The notes below the pieces were generated by a model. That model saw only the letters and a program-made list of their open reading frames with translations, ran no database searches and was not told the DNA's origin. 64,000 nucleotides of DNA from the NCBI RefSeq assembly GCF_964194155.1, contig NW_027596273.1, positions 186,001 to 250,000 of the forward strand, in the 5' to 3' direction. This document shows positions 24,206 to 36,689 of the stretch, one piece after another. Source of the DNA: Cetorhinus maximus. Taxonomy: Eukaryota. Both the position numbers and the translations under genes were made by a program. The first letter of the stretch is position 1; each line of letters starts with the position of its first letter.

Positions 24206-25040
24206 GAGGACAGAATATATCTGCACTTGGAGCGACACAGATTAATCAGGGATATTCGGATTTGTTAAGGGAAGGTCGTGTTTGACAAATTTGATCGAAT
24301 TTTTTGAGGAGGTAACCAGGAATGTTGATGAGGTTAATGCATTTGATGTGGTCTACATGGACTTTAACAAGGCTTTTGATAAAGTCCCTCATGGCAGACT
24401 GATCAAGAAAGTAAGAGACCATGGGATCCAATGCAAATTGGCACGTTAGATCCAAAATTGGCTGAGAGGCAGGACGCAGAGAGTGATGATAGAGGGATGT
24501 TTCTGTGACTGGAAGTCTGTTTCCAGTAGGTTTCTGCAGGACTCGGTGCTGGGGCCCTTGCTGTTTGTGGTGTACATAAATGATTTGGACTTAAATGTAG
24601 GGAGTATGATCAAGAAGTTTGCGGATGATATGAAAATTGGTAGGGCGGTAAATAGTGAGAAGGATAGCCGTAAACTGCAGGAGGACATCATTAGACTCGT
24701 CAGGTGGGCAGAGCAGTGGCAAATGGAATTCAATAACCAGGGAAGTGCTATAAAACTCCCCAGGAACTGATGTACCATGATGTACGGTAAGAGGTAGAAG
24801 GCTAAGAGGGGAATGAAGGAGAAATTTTTTCACCCAGATGGTGTTGGGAGTCTGGAACTCACTGCCTGAAAGGGTGGTTGAGTCAGAAACTCTCATAACA
24901 TTTAAGTATTTAGATATTCACTTGCGTTGCCAGAGCTATGGACCAAGCGCTGGAAAATGTGATTCGTGTAGTCAGATCTTTGTTGACCAGCGAGGACACG
25001 ATGGGCCAAATGGCGGCCTCCTGTGCTGTAAACGTCTATG
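24206..25040 (+). mobile_element. CR1 fragment with internal deletion
   Basis: KFADDMKIG...WAEQWQMEFN then a jump to the 3' end. Confidence 0.85.
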
Positions 25041-25129
25041 AGTAAAAAATATTCCATAGAAACTAGAACTATCTGTTCTGAATTTCTATCTTATCTTATA
25101 GTGATGACGTTTGTAAACTCCCTTTACAG

Positions 25130-25998
25130 GATGTTAGAAGGAGCGGATTTACAGATGGGAAGCTCAAATCGAACATCATGGCCTGATCTGACAGTCACTC
25201 AATTCATCAAGACCTGAATATAATCAGTCTTTGAATGTGGAAGGAGAAAAGTCTGTCTGTTCTATCTGTGGGAAACAGCTTCAAGCATCAGTGTAGTTGG
25301 AAAATCACCGAAACACGCACACAGCTGAGTGAGGGTGTTCCAGCGCACTGACTGTGCAAAGAGTTTGAGCCAGTTACACAGCCTGAAAAGAAAATCACAT
25401 CGTTCACAGAAGAGAGATACCGTGCACGTGTTCTGTGTGGATCAGGTTTCAACAGATCGTCCAAGCTGGAGCGACACAAAGACACTTACACCATGGAGAA
25501 ACCCTGGAAACGCGGGGACTGCGGGAAGGATTCAGAACCCCGTCTGAGCTGGAAATTCATCAACGCAGTCACACCGGGGAGAGGCCATTGACCTGCTCCG
25601 AGTGTGGCAAAGGATTCACTGACTCATGGCACTTGCAGAGACATCGACGCACCCACACAAGGGAGACACCATTTACCTGCTCAGATTGTGGGAAGGGATT
25701 CACTCGGTCACAACACCTGCAGACACATGAACGCATTCACACTGGGGAGAGGCATTTTACCTGCTGTGTGTGTGGGAAGGGATTCACTCAGTCAGTTAAC
25801 CTGCTGACACACCAGCGAACTCACACTGGGGAGAGGCCATTCACCTGCTCTGTGTGTGGGAAGGGATTCAGTAGGTTCGGTAATCTGTTGACACACCAGC
25901 GAGTTCACACTGAGGAGATGCTGTTCACCTGCTCTGACTGTGGGAAGGGATTCACTCAACCATCTAACCTGCTGAAACACCAGCAAGTTCATGAATGA
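25130..25998 (+). pseudogene. C2H2 ZNF (subfamily B) with a frameshift in the first finger; 5 intact fingers
   Basis: Acceptor cctttacag at 25129; accATGGAGAAACCCTGG near 25493 is out of frame with the downstream fingers (gggaaggattc lacks one G). Confidence 0.85.
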
Positions 25999-27317
25999 CT
26001 GTAGGAGTTGGATTCAGCTGTTTTCACTGCTGTTAATCACATCCAGGACTGAGGTGTGTAAGAAATGTGCCCCAGCTGCGCTCTCCCATGGTTCAGAGCT
26101 CCTGGACAGGAACAGAAGGCTCCTTTACAACTGGGTTTAGAGTCAGGAAGAGCAATGGTGAATGCTGGAAATGTGCTGTCAAATCAGAGATTGGTGTAAA
26201 ACTGTGACCTGCTCCTGACTGAAAGTGAAACGGCAGGTTTAAGCTTCCAGACTAAGAAATGACTGTGGTAGTTATGGTACAAGGATTTAAAATGTTTGTG
26301 TGACTTTCCTGAGGCTACAAATATAAGGCAATGGCAACAACAACTAGCATTTATCTAGAACCTTTAACATAGTAAAACATCCCAAAGTACTTCACAGATG
26401 ATCAAAAGCTTGGTCAAAGAGATGGATTTTAATAAGTGTATTAAAGGAGAAGAGGCAGTTTAGGGAGGGAATTCCAGAGCGTGGGACCGCAGGATCTGAA
26501 AGCATGGCCTCCAATGGTGGAGTGATGTAGGTGGGTGTGTGAGGAAGGGGTCAGAATGGGAAGAGCGCAGGGAGCTCAGAGGGTCATTTGGCTGGAGAAG
26601 GTTCCAGAGACTATCTGTCATGGAGAGAGTGGCTGCCTCCATGGAGCTTCAAGCACGGCTCTGAAATGGGTCCATGTAGGTCATGACCATGGCCGTGCAT
26701 GAGATGTCTGCTGCCTTAAACAGGATGACAGACACTGTATCCGTGACCTGACAACACGTCACTGATTTCCACCAAGCTGGTCTGCAGCAGATTGGAAGGA
26801 ATGATATGACTCTGGTCCATGAGAGGGATGATGGAGAAAGGAGACATGGAAGTGGGAACTCCAATCAAAGTCTTCCAGCCTCTCACCCATTAAGCACCCC
26901 CCAATCTCAAGCAGCACCTGACATGGCCCCAGCTCTTGACATGCAGACCCATCTCCTGCCCCGTCTCCCACCAGCTGAATCTGCCCCTGTACAGATACAG
27001 GTGGATCAGTCTTTGCCGGGATCCTGAGGGGCTCAGAAACCCGGAGGGTCGAGACCACAAGCCTCTCAGCAGTGAGAGCAGGGATGAAAGGAGCCTGTCT
27101 CTCCCTCTGCTGAAACCACACAGATGCACTGGGTAGAAGCAATAGGAAGGATCTGGGTGAGAAGTTGTAATTCACCAAGGGTATGCACATGGGGATTTGA
27201 CAAAATATTAATTTCCATTTAAATAACAACACAGAAAATGTATTGATGGGAACCACTTCCAGCTCTTGTCTGTTTTTACATCCTGAGGACTAGCTCACCC
27301 TCTCACTGGATTCATGC

Positions 27318-29603
27318 TGTAAGATTATTAGGTTATTAACAAGATAATTCCAAGCTGTTCCAGTACAGCTTCAACATGGCATCTACCCAGCTCTGTGGAA
27401 AATTGCCCAGGTATGTCCTGTACACAAAAAGCAGGACAAATCCAACCCAGCCAATTACTGGCCCATCAGTCGACTCTCAATCATCAGTAAAGTGATGGAA
27501 GGGGTCATTGACAGTGCTATCAAGCGGCACTTGCTTAGTAATAACCTGCTCATTGACGTCCAGTTTAGGTTCCACCAGGGCCACTCAGCTCCTGACCTCA
27601 CTACAGCCTTGGTTCAAACATGGACAAAAGAGCTGAAATCTAGAGGTGAAGTGAGAGTGACTGCCCTCGATATCAAGGCAGCATTTGACCGAGTGTGGTA
27701 TCAAGGAGCCCGAGAAAAACTGGAGTTAATGGGAATCAGGGGAAAGCCCTCCACTGGTTGGAGTCATACCTAGCACAAAGGAAGATGGTTGTGGTTGTTG
27801 GAGGTCAATCATTGAGTTCCAGGACATCACTACAGGAGTTCCTCAGGGTAGTGTCCTAGGCCCAACCATCTTTAGCTGCTTCATCAGTGGTCTTCCTTCC
27901 ATCATAAGATCAGAAGTAGGGATGTTCACAGTTGATTGCACAGTGGTTAGCAACATTCGCGACTCCTCAGATACTGAAGCAGTCCCTGTCCAAATGCAGC
28001 AAGACCTGGACAACATCCAGGCTTGGGGTGGCAAGTAACATTTGTGCCACACAAGTGCCAGGCAATGACCACCTCCAACATGAGAAAATCTAACTATCGC
28101 CCCCTTGACATTCAATGGCATCACAGTCACTGAATTCCCCCATTATCAACATTCGGGGAGTTATGATTGACCAGGAACTGAGCTGGACTAGCCAGTAAAT
28201 ACTGTGGCTACAAGAGCAGGTCAGAGGCTAGGAATCCTGTGGTAAGTAACTCGCCTCCTGACTCCCCAAAACCTGTGCACCATTTACAAGGCACAGGTCA
28301 GGAATGTGATGGAATACTCTCCACTTGCCTGGATGAGTGCAGCTCCCGCAACACTCAAGAAGCTCGACACCATCCAAATTGACACCCCATTGATTGGCAC
28401 CCCGTCCACAAACATTCACTCCCTCCACCACCAACACACAGTGGCAGCAGTGTGTACCATTTACAAGATGCACTGCAGGAACTCACCAATATTCCTTAGA
28501 CAGCACATTCCAAGCCCATGACCACTACCATCGAGGAGGACAAGGGCTGTGGACAACCTGGAAGTTCCCCTCGAAACCACTCATCATCCTGACTTGGAAA
28601 TATATCGCTGTTCCTTCACTGTCACTAGGTGAAGGTCGTGGAACTCCCTCCCTAACAGCACTGTGTGTGTACCACACCACAGGGACTGCAGTAGTTAAAG
28701 AAGGCAACTCAGCACCACCTCCTCTATGGCAATTAGGAATGGGCAATAAATATCAGCCTATCCAGCAAGGCCCACCTCCCATGAATGAATTAAAAAATGT
28801 TAACATTTAACTTTTGATAATTAGAATCTAACATCTAACTTCATCTGAAACTCTCCTTTATAGAATAGTGCAGTGGGCAAAGGTAGGAAATAGGACATGG
28901 TATAGAAAAGATGCCAAGTTCGAGGGATCCTAGGAAGTTATGTCAAATTTTAAAAAGCTCAGTGCAAGTAAAGTTAAAAAATGCCTTGAAGCTGTTTATG
29001 TAAGTTAATACATGACATCAGTGAAATAAATGACAACAGGATTTAGCAGCTTTGAGATAAGTGGAAAACAGAACAATGAGGAATAAGCAGAACATTTTTA
29101 CATGATTTAAGTGGTTAGTATTGTTTATGTGAACTTTGAAAACGATAAACTAATGTGACTCAGTGAAACTCGCATTGCGCACATGAACTGTGAATACGAT
29201 AAACTAACATGACTCAGTGAAGCTAGTTTTGCTCACATGGATATGACCAGAAGCAGGGAGGGGTTGGTCAGATGGGATAAAAGAGACCCTCCGAGACAAG
29301 GCTGTTTGGGGGAGAGGAACCAGAATCAGAGGATAAAAACCCTGAGAGAGAGAGAGAGACAGAGGAAAAGCTCAAAGATCAGCACTGCGAGAAGTCCTTG
29401 ATGCGCTCAACTGTCTGGTTCTCGACACGGGTGGTATAACCTGCATTAAACTGTAAAGCACTGCCTGGGTTTGTCACTGGAGTTTGCTTGAAATTCAATA
29501 AACTTGTCCTGACTTTTTTCTCAATGAAGTTGATTCCCAACTAAGCTCTGCTGCCAAGTCTGTTCCTGACTGAAAAGAGGAGGAAAACTTTCAAAATCAT
29601 ACC
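27318..29603 (+). mobile_element. solo LTR interrupted by a LINE
   Basis: TGTAAGATT...AATCATACC imperfect terminal inverted repeat, ATGC TSD (27314-27317, 29604-29607), TATA-like gataaaa near 29276, AATAAA near 29497. Confidence 0.65.
27350..28797 (+). mobile_element. CR1/L2-superfamily LINE, RT plus 3' tail, nested in the LTR
   Basis: ALDIKAAFDRVW, GVPQGSVLGP, MEYSPLAWMSAAP; tail ...atgaatgaattaaaaaa. Confidence 0.9.
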
Positions 29604-30719
29604 ATGCTGAATGTCAGTCCGGGCTGGGAGCCATTGGTTGGATGTGCAATGGGTGGATGAGTGTGTGAAGGAATGTTCAGTGAACAGGGAGGGAGAGGGG
29701 GTGTTGGTGCTGCTGGTGGGAAGTGTTCATTCTGAAGGAGTCCCACCTGAAACAGTGACCATTCATTTATCACTTTGAAATGATTGAGCCGCTGTGTATT
29801 TCCTCATTTTGTTCTTTCAGTTTTCCAGGATTTATATATTTTTTATTTCTACTGAAACATATTCTTGTAACACTGAAATCCAGAGAGTTTGAAGTCTGTT
29901 AAAGTCAATCCCCACTGAGTACGCAGGAGGACTCAACTGGTCCGAACTTTTTATGGTATCAATAAACAAAGATCTTACAAGGTGTCCATATGGGGAATTG
30001 ATTTTCTCTGAGACCAGGGGTGGCCAAACTATGTCCCAAAGTTCAGATTTGGGCCATGAGCCTGGGCTATCGGGCCCACATACATGGAGCACCATTACCA
30101 GATGTCCTTCATCCCCGGTTTTAATGTCCCCACCATTAGTGGCCATGCCTTCAGCTGCCTTGACCCTAAGCTCTGGAATTTCCTCCCTAAACCTCTCCAC
30201 CTTTCTACTTCACTTTCCTCCTTTAAGACACTCTTTATAACTGACCTCTTTGACCAAGCTTTGGTCATCTGACCTAATATGTCCTTATGCTCCTGTGAAA
30301 CTCTATGGGACATTTTATCATGTTAAAACCTCGATATAAATATAAGTTGTTGCATTTGTTGTTATAGTTCAGTCAGACCTGATCATTTTCTGAGTGAGTG
30401 AGTCTGTATCAATGTAACTCAGACAGACACAGCTTGTCGGAACAGATCTCGGGAGAAGGAAGCTCTGAACTGACCACTGGACTTCCTGTTCTGCACAATT
30501 GGGAAAATGTGAATGTTTCCAAATATTGAAAATTACTAATAAAGTCATTAAAGATGGTTTGTTGTTGTGAGCTGCATTATCTGGTAAAATTAGAGTGAAG
30601 GAGTGGGATTGATCCACAGCCTGAGTCACCAGCTTAAGGACAGGAGGAGAGGGAATCTGGAGAGGAGAAAAGAATAAGTAGGAGAATGGACACTGAATCT
30701 GGAACAATGAGAGGAGAGG

Positions 30720-31155
30720 AAGAGGAGTTTGTGGGACAGGGATTTATAGATTTGTGGGAATGAAAGGGAAAAATCTTTCATAGAAACTAGAATTATCTGC
30801 TGTGGATTTCTATCCTGTTTGGACAGTGATGGCTTTTGATGAGTATTTGCAGATGGGAAACGCAATCCAGAAATCTCGACAAGATCTTGAGGAATCACTG
30901 AATTCATGTATGATTAAAGCAAAATACTGTGAATACCGGAAATCTGAAATAAAAACAGAAAATGCTGGAAAAGCTCAGTAGGCCTGGCAGTATCTGTGGA
31001 CAGAGAAACAGAGATAACGTTTTGAGTCGGTATGACACTTCTCCAGAGAATTCATGCATAATTGGCCTCTGGTTATGGAGGGATAAATGTTTGTCCTGTT
31101 TATGGGAAAGATTTAAATCATCACTGTGACTGGAAAATTGTTGAGACACACAAAA
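30720..31155 (+). pseudogene. relic of the 5' part of a ZNF exon (subfamily B)
   Basis: catagaaactagaattatctg...tttgcagatgggaaac...tgtgactggaaaa matches 25055-25310; interrupted by a Penelope terminus at 30917-31045. Confidence 0.6.
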
Positions 31156-31429
31156 TGTTTTCAGTTAATGTCGTTGTGTGGAGTATGTTAATGAGAAATA
31201 AGAGGATCTTTTGGGGACACCAGAAGTATCTGTGGGAGTGGGAAGGGAAGAGATTACCAGTGATTCTCTGACTCTGATCACATAGAGAAGAACAGAACCA
31301 GGAGAGAGCAGCCCCACCCAGCTGGATGACAGTGGAGAGGTGATGGAACAGAATGATGTGGTCAACCTTGTCAAAGGCTGCAGACAGGTCGAGAGGGAGA
31401 GTTTATCCTTGTCACAGCCACATCGGATG

Positions 31430-31975
31430 TTTTTTTTATTCATTCATGGGATGTGGGCTTCGCTGGCTGGGCCAGAATTTATTGCCCATCCCTAGTTGCC
31501 CTGGAGAAGGTGGTGGTGAGCTGCCTTCTTGAACCACTGCAGTCCATGTGGTGTAGGTACACCTGCAGTGCTGTTAGTGAGGGAATTCCAGGATTTTGAC
31601 CCAGTGACAGTGAAGGAACGGTGATATATTTCCAAGTCAGGATGGTGAGTGACTTGGAGAAGTTTCAGGTGGTGGTGTTCCCATGTGTCTGCTGCCCTTG
31701 TCCTTCTCGGTGGTAGTAGTCGTGGGTTGGAAGGTGCTGTCTAAGGAGCCTTGGTGAATTCCTGCAGTGCATCTTGCCAATGGTACACACAGCTGCTATC
31801 GTACATCAGTGGGGGAGGGAGTGAATGTCTGTGGATGTGGTGCCAATCAAGTGGGCCGCTTTGTCCTGGATGGTGTCCAGCTTCTTGAGTGTTGTGGGAG
31901 CTGCACTCATCCAGGCAAGTGGGGAGTATTCCAACACACTCCTGACTTGTACTTGTAGATGGTGGACAGGCTTTG
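31430..31975 (-). mobile_element. 3' end of the same LINE family as 27350-28797
   Basis: VRSVLEYSPLAWMSAAPTTLKKLDTIQDKAA followed by the tail. Confidence 0.9.
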
Positions 31976-32711
31976 TGGAGTCAGGAGGTGAGTTCTTCAT
32001 CATTTGTAAATTTGGTAAGAGCTGTTTCAGTACTGTGGCAGGGCAGAAATCTGATTGGAGGAGGAATCATGGATACAGATATGGGAGGCGAAAAAATGTT
32101 CTCGGACTTTGGAGAGGAAAGGGAGGTTGGAGATTGGGAAGTAATTTGCAAGGATGATGGGGTCGTGTGTTTGTTTTTTGAAGGAGTGAGAGACAGTGCC
32201 TGAAGAGAGAGAACTGTTAACAAACTCAGTTAATATGGGGAAGTTGATTGATCAACAGTTCAGTGGGAACAGGATCGATAGACCAGGTGGATCTCATGGA
32301 CAGGATGAGACCTCAGAGGACATGAGAGGAGATTGTAGAGAAAGTAGAGAAAGATGAGAGTGCACGGCTGGGACAAGGGGGAACTTTAGAGGCAGTTTGG
32401 CCTTGTAGACTAGTGGAAGGGAGAGAATCAGCAGAGGCAGCTAATTGGATTGTCTCAATCTTGGTGATAGAGAAGATCCATGAGCTCCTCACACTTGTTG
32501 TTGGAGGTGAGGATGGAGGAGACAGGGGAGAGGCAGAGCCCTTCAAAAGGAACTAACTTATGTTAGAGATATTAAAAAGATTCAAAATACTGTGTTTAAC
32601 ACAAAACTGATTTATTTGACTTTTAGCCAGAATATTAGCCCCTATAACTGGACTGGAGAATATTAACATCAGTAAAAACAGACCCCAATGAACATCCTTC
32701 AATCCTGGTAA

Positions 32712-33329
32712 TTATTTGTGAACTCGCTGGTGTCTTAGGAGACTGGATGAGGTGGTGAATCCCTTCCCACACTTGGGGCAGGTGAACGGCCTCTCCCCAG
32801 TGTGAACCCGCTGGTGTGTCAGCAGGTTGGATGATTGAGTGAATCCCTTCCCACACTCAGAGCAAGTGAATGGTCTCTCCCCAGTGTGAATTCGCTGGTG
32901 TACAATGAGTTGAGATGATCGCCTGAACCCAGTCCCACAGTGGGAGCATCTGTACGGTCTCTCGTCAGTGTGAACACGTTGATGGGACATCAGTTCCCCA
33001 AAACTTTTATAGCACTTCCCACAGTCTAGGCATCCAAAAGGTCTCTCTTCACTGTGAACTCTCTGGTGTGCCAGCAGGTGGGTTAAAATAGTGAATCCCT
33101 TCCCACACGTGGAGCAGGTGAATGGTCTTTCCCCAGTGTGAATGCGCCGATGCTTTTCCAGGTCAGACGGGCATCTGAATCCCTTCCCACAGTCCCCACA
33201 TTTCCACGGCTTCTCCCTGTTGTGAATGCATTTATGTTCTGACAGACAAGACGATTGGCTGAAACCTCGTCCACACACAGAGCACATGTACAGTTTCTCT
33301 CCACTGCGGACGGTGCTTTCTCCTTCCAT
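32712..33329 (-). CDS. intact KRAB-less C2H2 zinc-finger protein, 7 fingers, 205 aa
   Basis: aacATGgaa start in good context; all Cys/His present; acceptor tttcacag at 33439; ends VHK-stop. Confidence 0.85.
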   Translation of the reverse strand: MEGESTVRSGEKLYMCSVCGRGFSQSSCLSEHKCIHNREKPWKCGDCGKGFRCPSDLEKHRRIHTGERPFTCSTCGKGFTILTHLLAHQRVHSEERPFGCLDCGKCYKSFGELMSHQRVHTDERPYRCSHCGTGFRRSSQLIVHQRIHTGERPFTCSECGKGFTQSSNLLTHQRVHTGERPFTCPKCGKGFTTSSSLLRHQRVHK

Positions 33330-34299
33330 GTTCAAAATCCGATGATATCCAGGTTACGATAAATTGCGTGACTGCGTCAGATTCTGATGTGATGTTTGGT
33401 TTCCAGTTTCCCAACTGCAAATCCTCCCCTTCTAAACCCTGTGAAACTGATGTAGATCATAAAAAAGGGAGTGAGAGAGAACCCACAAAAACACAAAGGC
33501 AGGTTGTGAAATTGAGCTGAATCAATCTGGTAATTTGTGGGGCTGACAATAGGAAAGAGTGACCATGAAAAGCTGTTTCATGAAAGGTGAAGGAGCATTT
33601 AATGCATCTTCAAGTCAACCAGAACTTTGACAGAATCTGCCAAACCTTCAGCCTCCCCTACCGAGAAGGAGCAGGGTAGAGGGTGTATGTGAACACCATC
33701 ACTTCCAAGTTCCCCTCCAACTTGCACACTCTCCTGACTTGTTGGACATCCAGTACTGGATGAGCAGAAATTTCCTCCATTGAAATATTGGAAAGAGGGA
33801 AGCCATTATCTTCAGTTCCTACTACAAAATCCACTCCCCAGACACCAGCTCCATCCCTCTTGCAGTTCTCTAAGGCTGAACTAGGCTGTTCACAATCTTG
33901 TTGTCATATTTCAGCCCAAGCTGAGTTTCTGACTACAAATCACTAAAACCACCCATTTCCACCTCAGTAACATCGCCCAGCTGTGCCCCTGCATCAGTTC
34001 ATCTGCTGCTGAAACTCATCCATTCCTTTGTTCCCTCTAAACTGGACTATTCGAATGTGCAACTTTTTGGCCTCCCAGATGCAACTCCAGGGAAACTGGA
34101 GGTCACCCAAAACTCAGCTGCTCGTGTTCTTACTCGCAGCAAGTCTTGTTCACCATCACCCCTGTGCTCGCTGACCGACATTGTGGGGATCTCCAGCCCT
34201 ACAACCCTCCAGAATTATCTGCGATCATCTAATCGTGACCCACCCCCGGCTCCAATTCCTCCCTTGCGTCCACAATCTCCTCCAGCCTCCTGAGCTGCC

Positions 34300-34460
34300 T
34301 GTTCCACCCTAGTCCGTCTCCACCAGCCGCACTGAGCATGCTCCTAGCACAGCCCGGCCCCCACGCTGGCACTCTGGGTGCCTGTTCTCATTGGTGGGGG
34401 ATTTTCTGACACATGGAGCACTCTGGGTAAACCAGCTGCCATCAAGACCAATTAGTGGAC
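34300..34460 (-). promoter_or_regulatory. candidate promoter of the 32.7 kb ZNF
   Basis: cgcactgagcatgct (NRF1-like), GC-rich, ATTGG/CCAAT boxes. Confidence 0.45.
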
Positions 34461-34699
34461 AGGCAATTATTTTCCCAGTTGGTAAAATGGAAGATCCATG
34501 GATGAGGGGGATATTGGACAGGAAGCACAATGAGAGGTTCAGACACTTTATTAAATACTCACAGCAGAAGCACATTAATCTGATCGGAGATCACTTCCTC
34601 ACGAGCAGCCAGCGGTGTGAAGCCTCCTGATATTCCGGTCCCTTTCCAGTCAGTATTTCCAGGAGCTGGGACACAGAAAAGAGGCTCAGTAAAATCCAG

Positions 34700-35520
34700 G
34701 ATTTATTTGTTCAGTGCTTTACAATGGGTCTGGGCTCACATTTGAAGTTTGTGCAGCCTGTGATTCCCTGAGTTTATTAACACACCCCTTCCCGACCCTT
34801 TGGGCTCTCGATTGTTTTCCTAAGTCCTCCTGGTCCTGTGACTCCCTGGGTTTATTAACCCTCCCCCTCCAGACCCTTTGGGCTCTCTATTGTTGGGCTC
34901 TCTATTGTTTTTCAATGTCCTCCTGGCCTTGTTGTACCTGATCCAATAAAAACCCTCCTCACATCACACAGGGAACAGCTTTCGACATGTTCTGACCTTT
35001 CACCTCAATCTTATTCTGCTGAATGATCTCACTGACCGTTCCCTTTCTCTCGGTGAGTCCGTTCACCATCTCTTTTCTGGATTTCACTCCTTCTTGTTGT
35101 TCCAGGATTTCATCTCTCTGCCTTTTATTTCTTTTACTGAAGATTCCTGTCCATTGCTGCCTCACAGCCTCGTCCTGTTCCCACATATTCTCCATGTCTA
35201 AGTGCTTCCCAGCGGCCGTGCCAGCCGTGGCCCCTATTCCAGCCCAGTCACTGATCCCTCTCTTCCCTCCACCCTTTTTACTGGTGTCACTATCACAGGG
35301 ACGATCGTGGTGTTTTCCCAAAACTGCCTTAACACCGGGGTCTTGGCTACTGGGTGGTCATAGTCCACCCATCTCTCTTCCTGCATTCTGACTTATGAAA
35401 TCCCTGGATAATTCCCTTATCATCTGAACATCAAGGTCCTTGTAGATGGGATGACATAACCTTGGGGATGGGTGTGTGGTGTTCAGGAACTATTTTACAT
35501 CTTGTATCATCATATAGGCT
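34700..35520 (-). mobile_element. retroviral env-like remnant
   Basis: Basic site KR followed by Gly/Ala-rich GISDWAGIGATAGTAAG, then a coiled-coil-like stretch and a Cys; stops present. Confidence 0.4.
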
Positions 35521-35599
35521 TTGTGAGTACGGGTGATGATTAAACCATTTGTGGGATCGATTTCTTATGGCAGGGCAGATTGAGGGGTAGTCAGTGAAG

Positions 35600-36560
35600 C
35601 ATATGGGGTCTTGGGCATCAGATATAGAGGCACTGAGTACAAAAACAGGGAAGTGCACCAACAGAGAGTTGTCAGGATCTGGAACTCTCTCCCTGAAACG
35701 ATGCTGGAACCTGATTCTGTGTGTAGACTCCGCCCACTCATCCTATCTACCCTGTCAGTTCCAATTAATATCCCGAAAACTTTGATCAAATCAGGTCTTA
35801 ATCTTCTAAATTCCAGGGATTACAGCCCTCACAGTGAGGTGATGTATTTTAGCAGGAGGGATAGGGAGAGGGAAGATATAATTCATGGCGCAGCTCTAAA
35901 GAGTGTGCAGGGACAGAGGGACCTGGGTGTTCATGGCTTTGATCTCTGAAGGTGACAGAATGTATTACGAGAGTGGTTAGCACAGCAGATTGGATCTTGA
36001 GCTTCATAAGTGGTGGTTTTGAGAGCAAAAACAGGGAAGTTATGCTGAATTTTTATAAAGCTCTGGTTAGGCCACAATTTGAGAATTGCATCCAGTTCTG
36101 GTCACCTCACTTCAGGAAGGATGTGAAGGTCCTTGAGAAGGTGCAGAGGAGATTTACCAGAATGGTTCCTGCAAAGGAGGCTGAGGGGAGATTGATAGAG
36201 GTGTACAAGGTTGTGGCAGGTTTAGATAAGGTGGACAAAGAAAAGCTGTTCTCATCAGCTGATCATACAAGGACTCAAGGACAGAGATTTAAGGTTTTGG
36301 TTAAAAGGTATGGGATATGTGAGGAAGAATATTTTTACACAGTGAGTGGGAATGACCTGGAGCTTACTGCCTACGAAGGGGTGGAAATGGACATGATGAA
36401 TGATTTCAAAAGGAAATTGGACAGAAGCATGAGGGAAATAAACTTGCAAGGATACAGGGATAGAGCAGGGGAAAGGGACTGATTGGATTGCTCTACATAG
36501 CTGGCATGGACTCAATGGGTCTAATGGCCTCCTCTGTGTCATAATGACTCTGTGACTCTT
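35600..36560 (+). mobile_element. CR1 fragments
   Basis: KALVRPQFENCIQFWSPHFRKDV. Confidence 0.85.
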
Positions 36561-36689
36561 TTATGTAATCTCATTCTGTAACTTAACCCTTGGTGCTCAG
36601 ATCACTCAGATAAATCTGTGCTACACTCCCTCTAAGGCCATTCTATCCTTCCTGGTGTTTGTTGCCCAGAACTGAACGCAGTTCTCCAG

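Noticed and set aside
26625-27256. ORFs up to 165 aa, possibly a Harbinger-type remnant (also 60244-60522)
   Set aside because: No diagnostic motif; family assignment unsupported.
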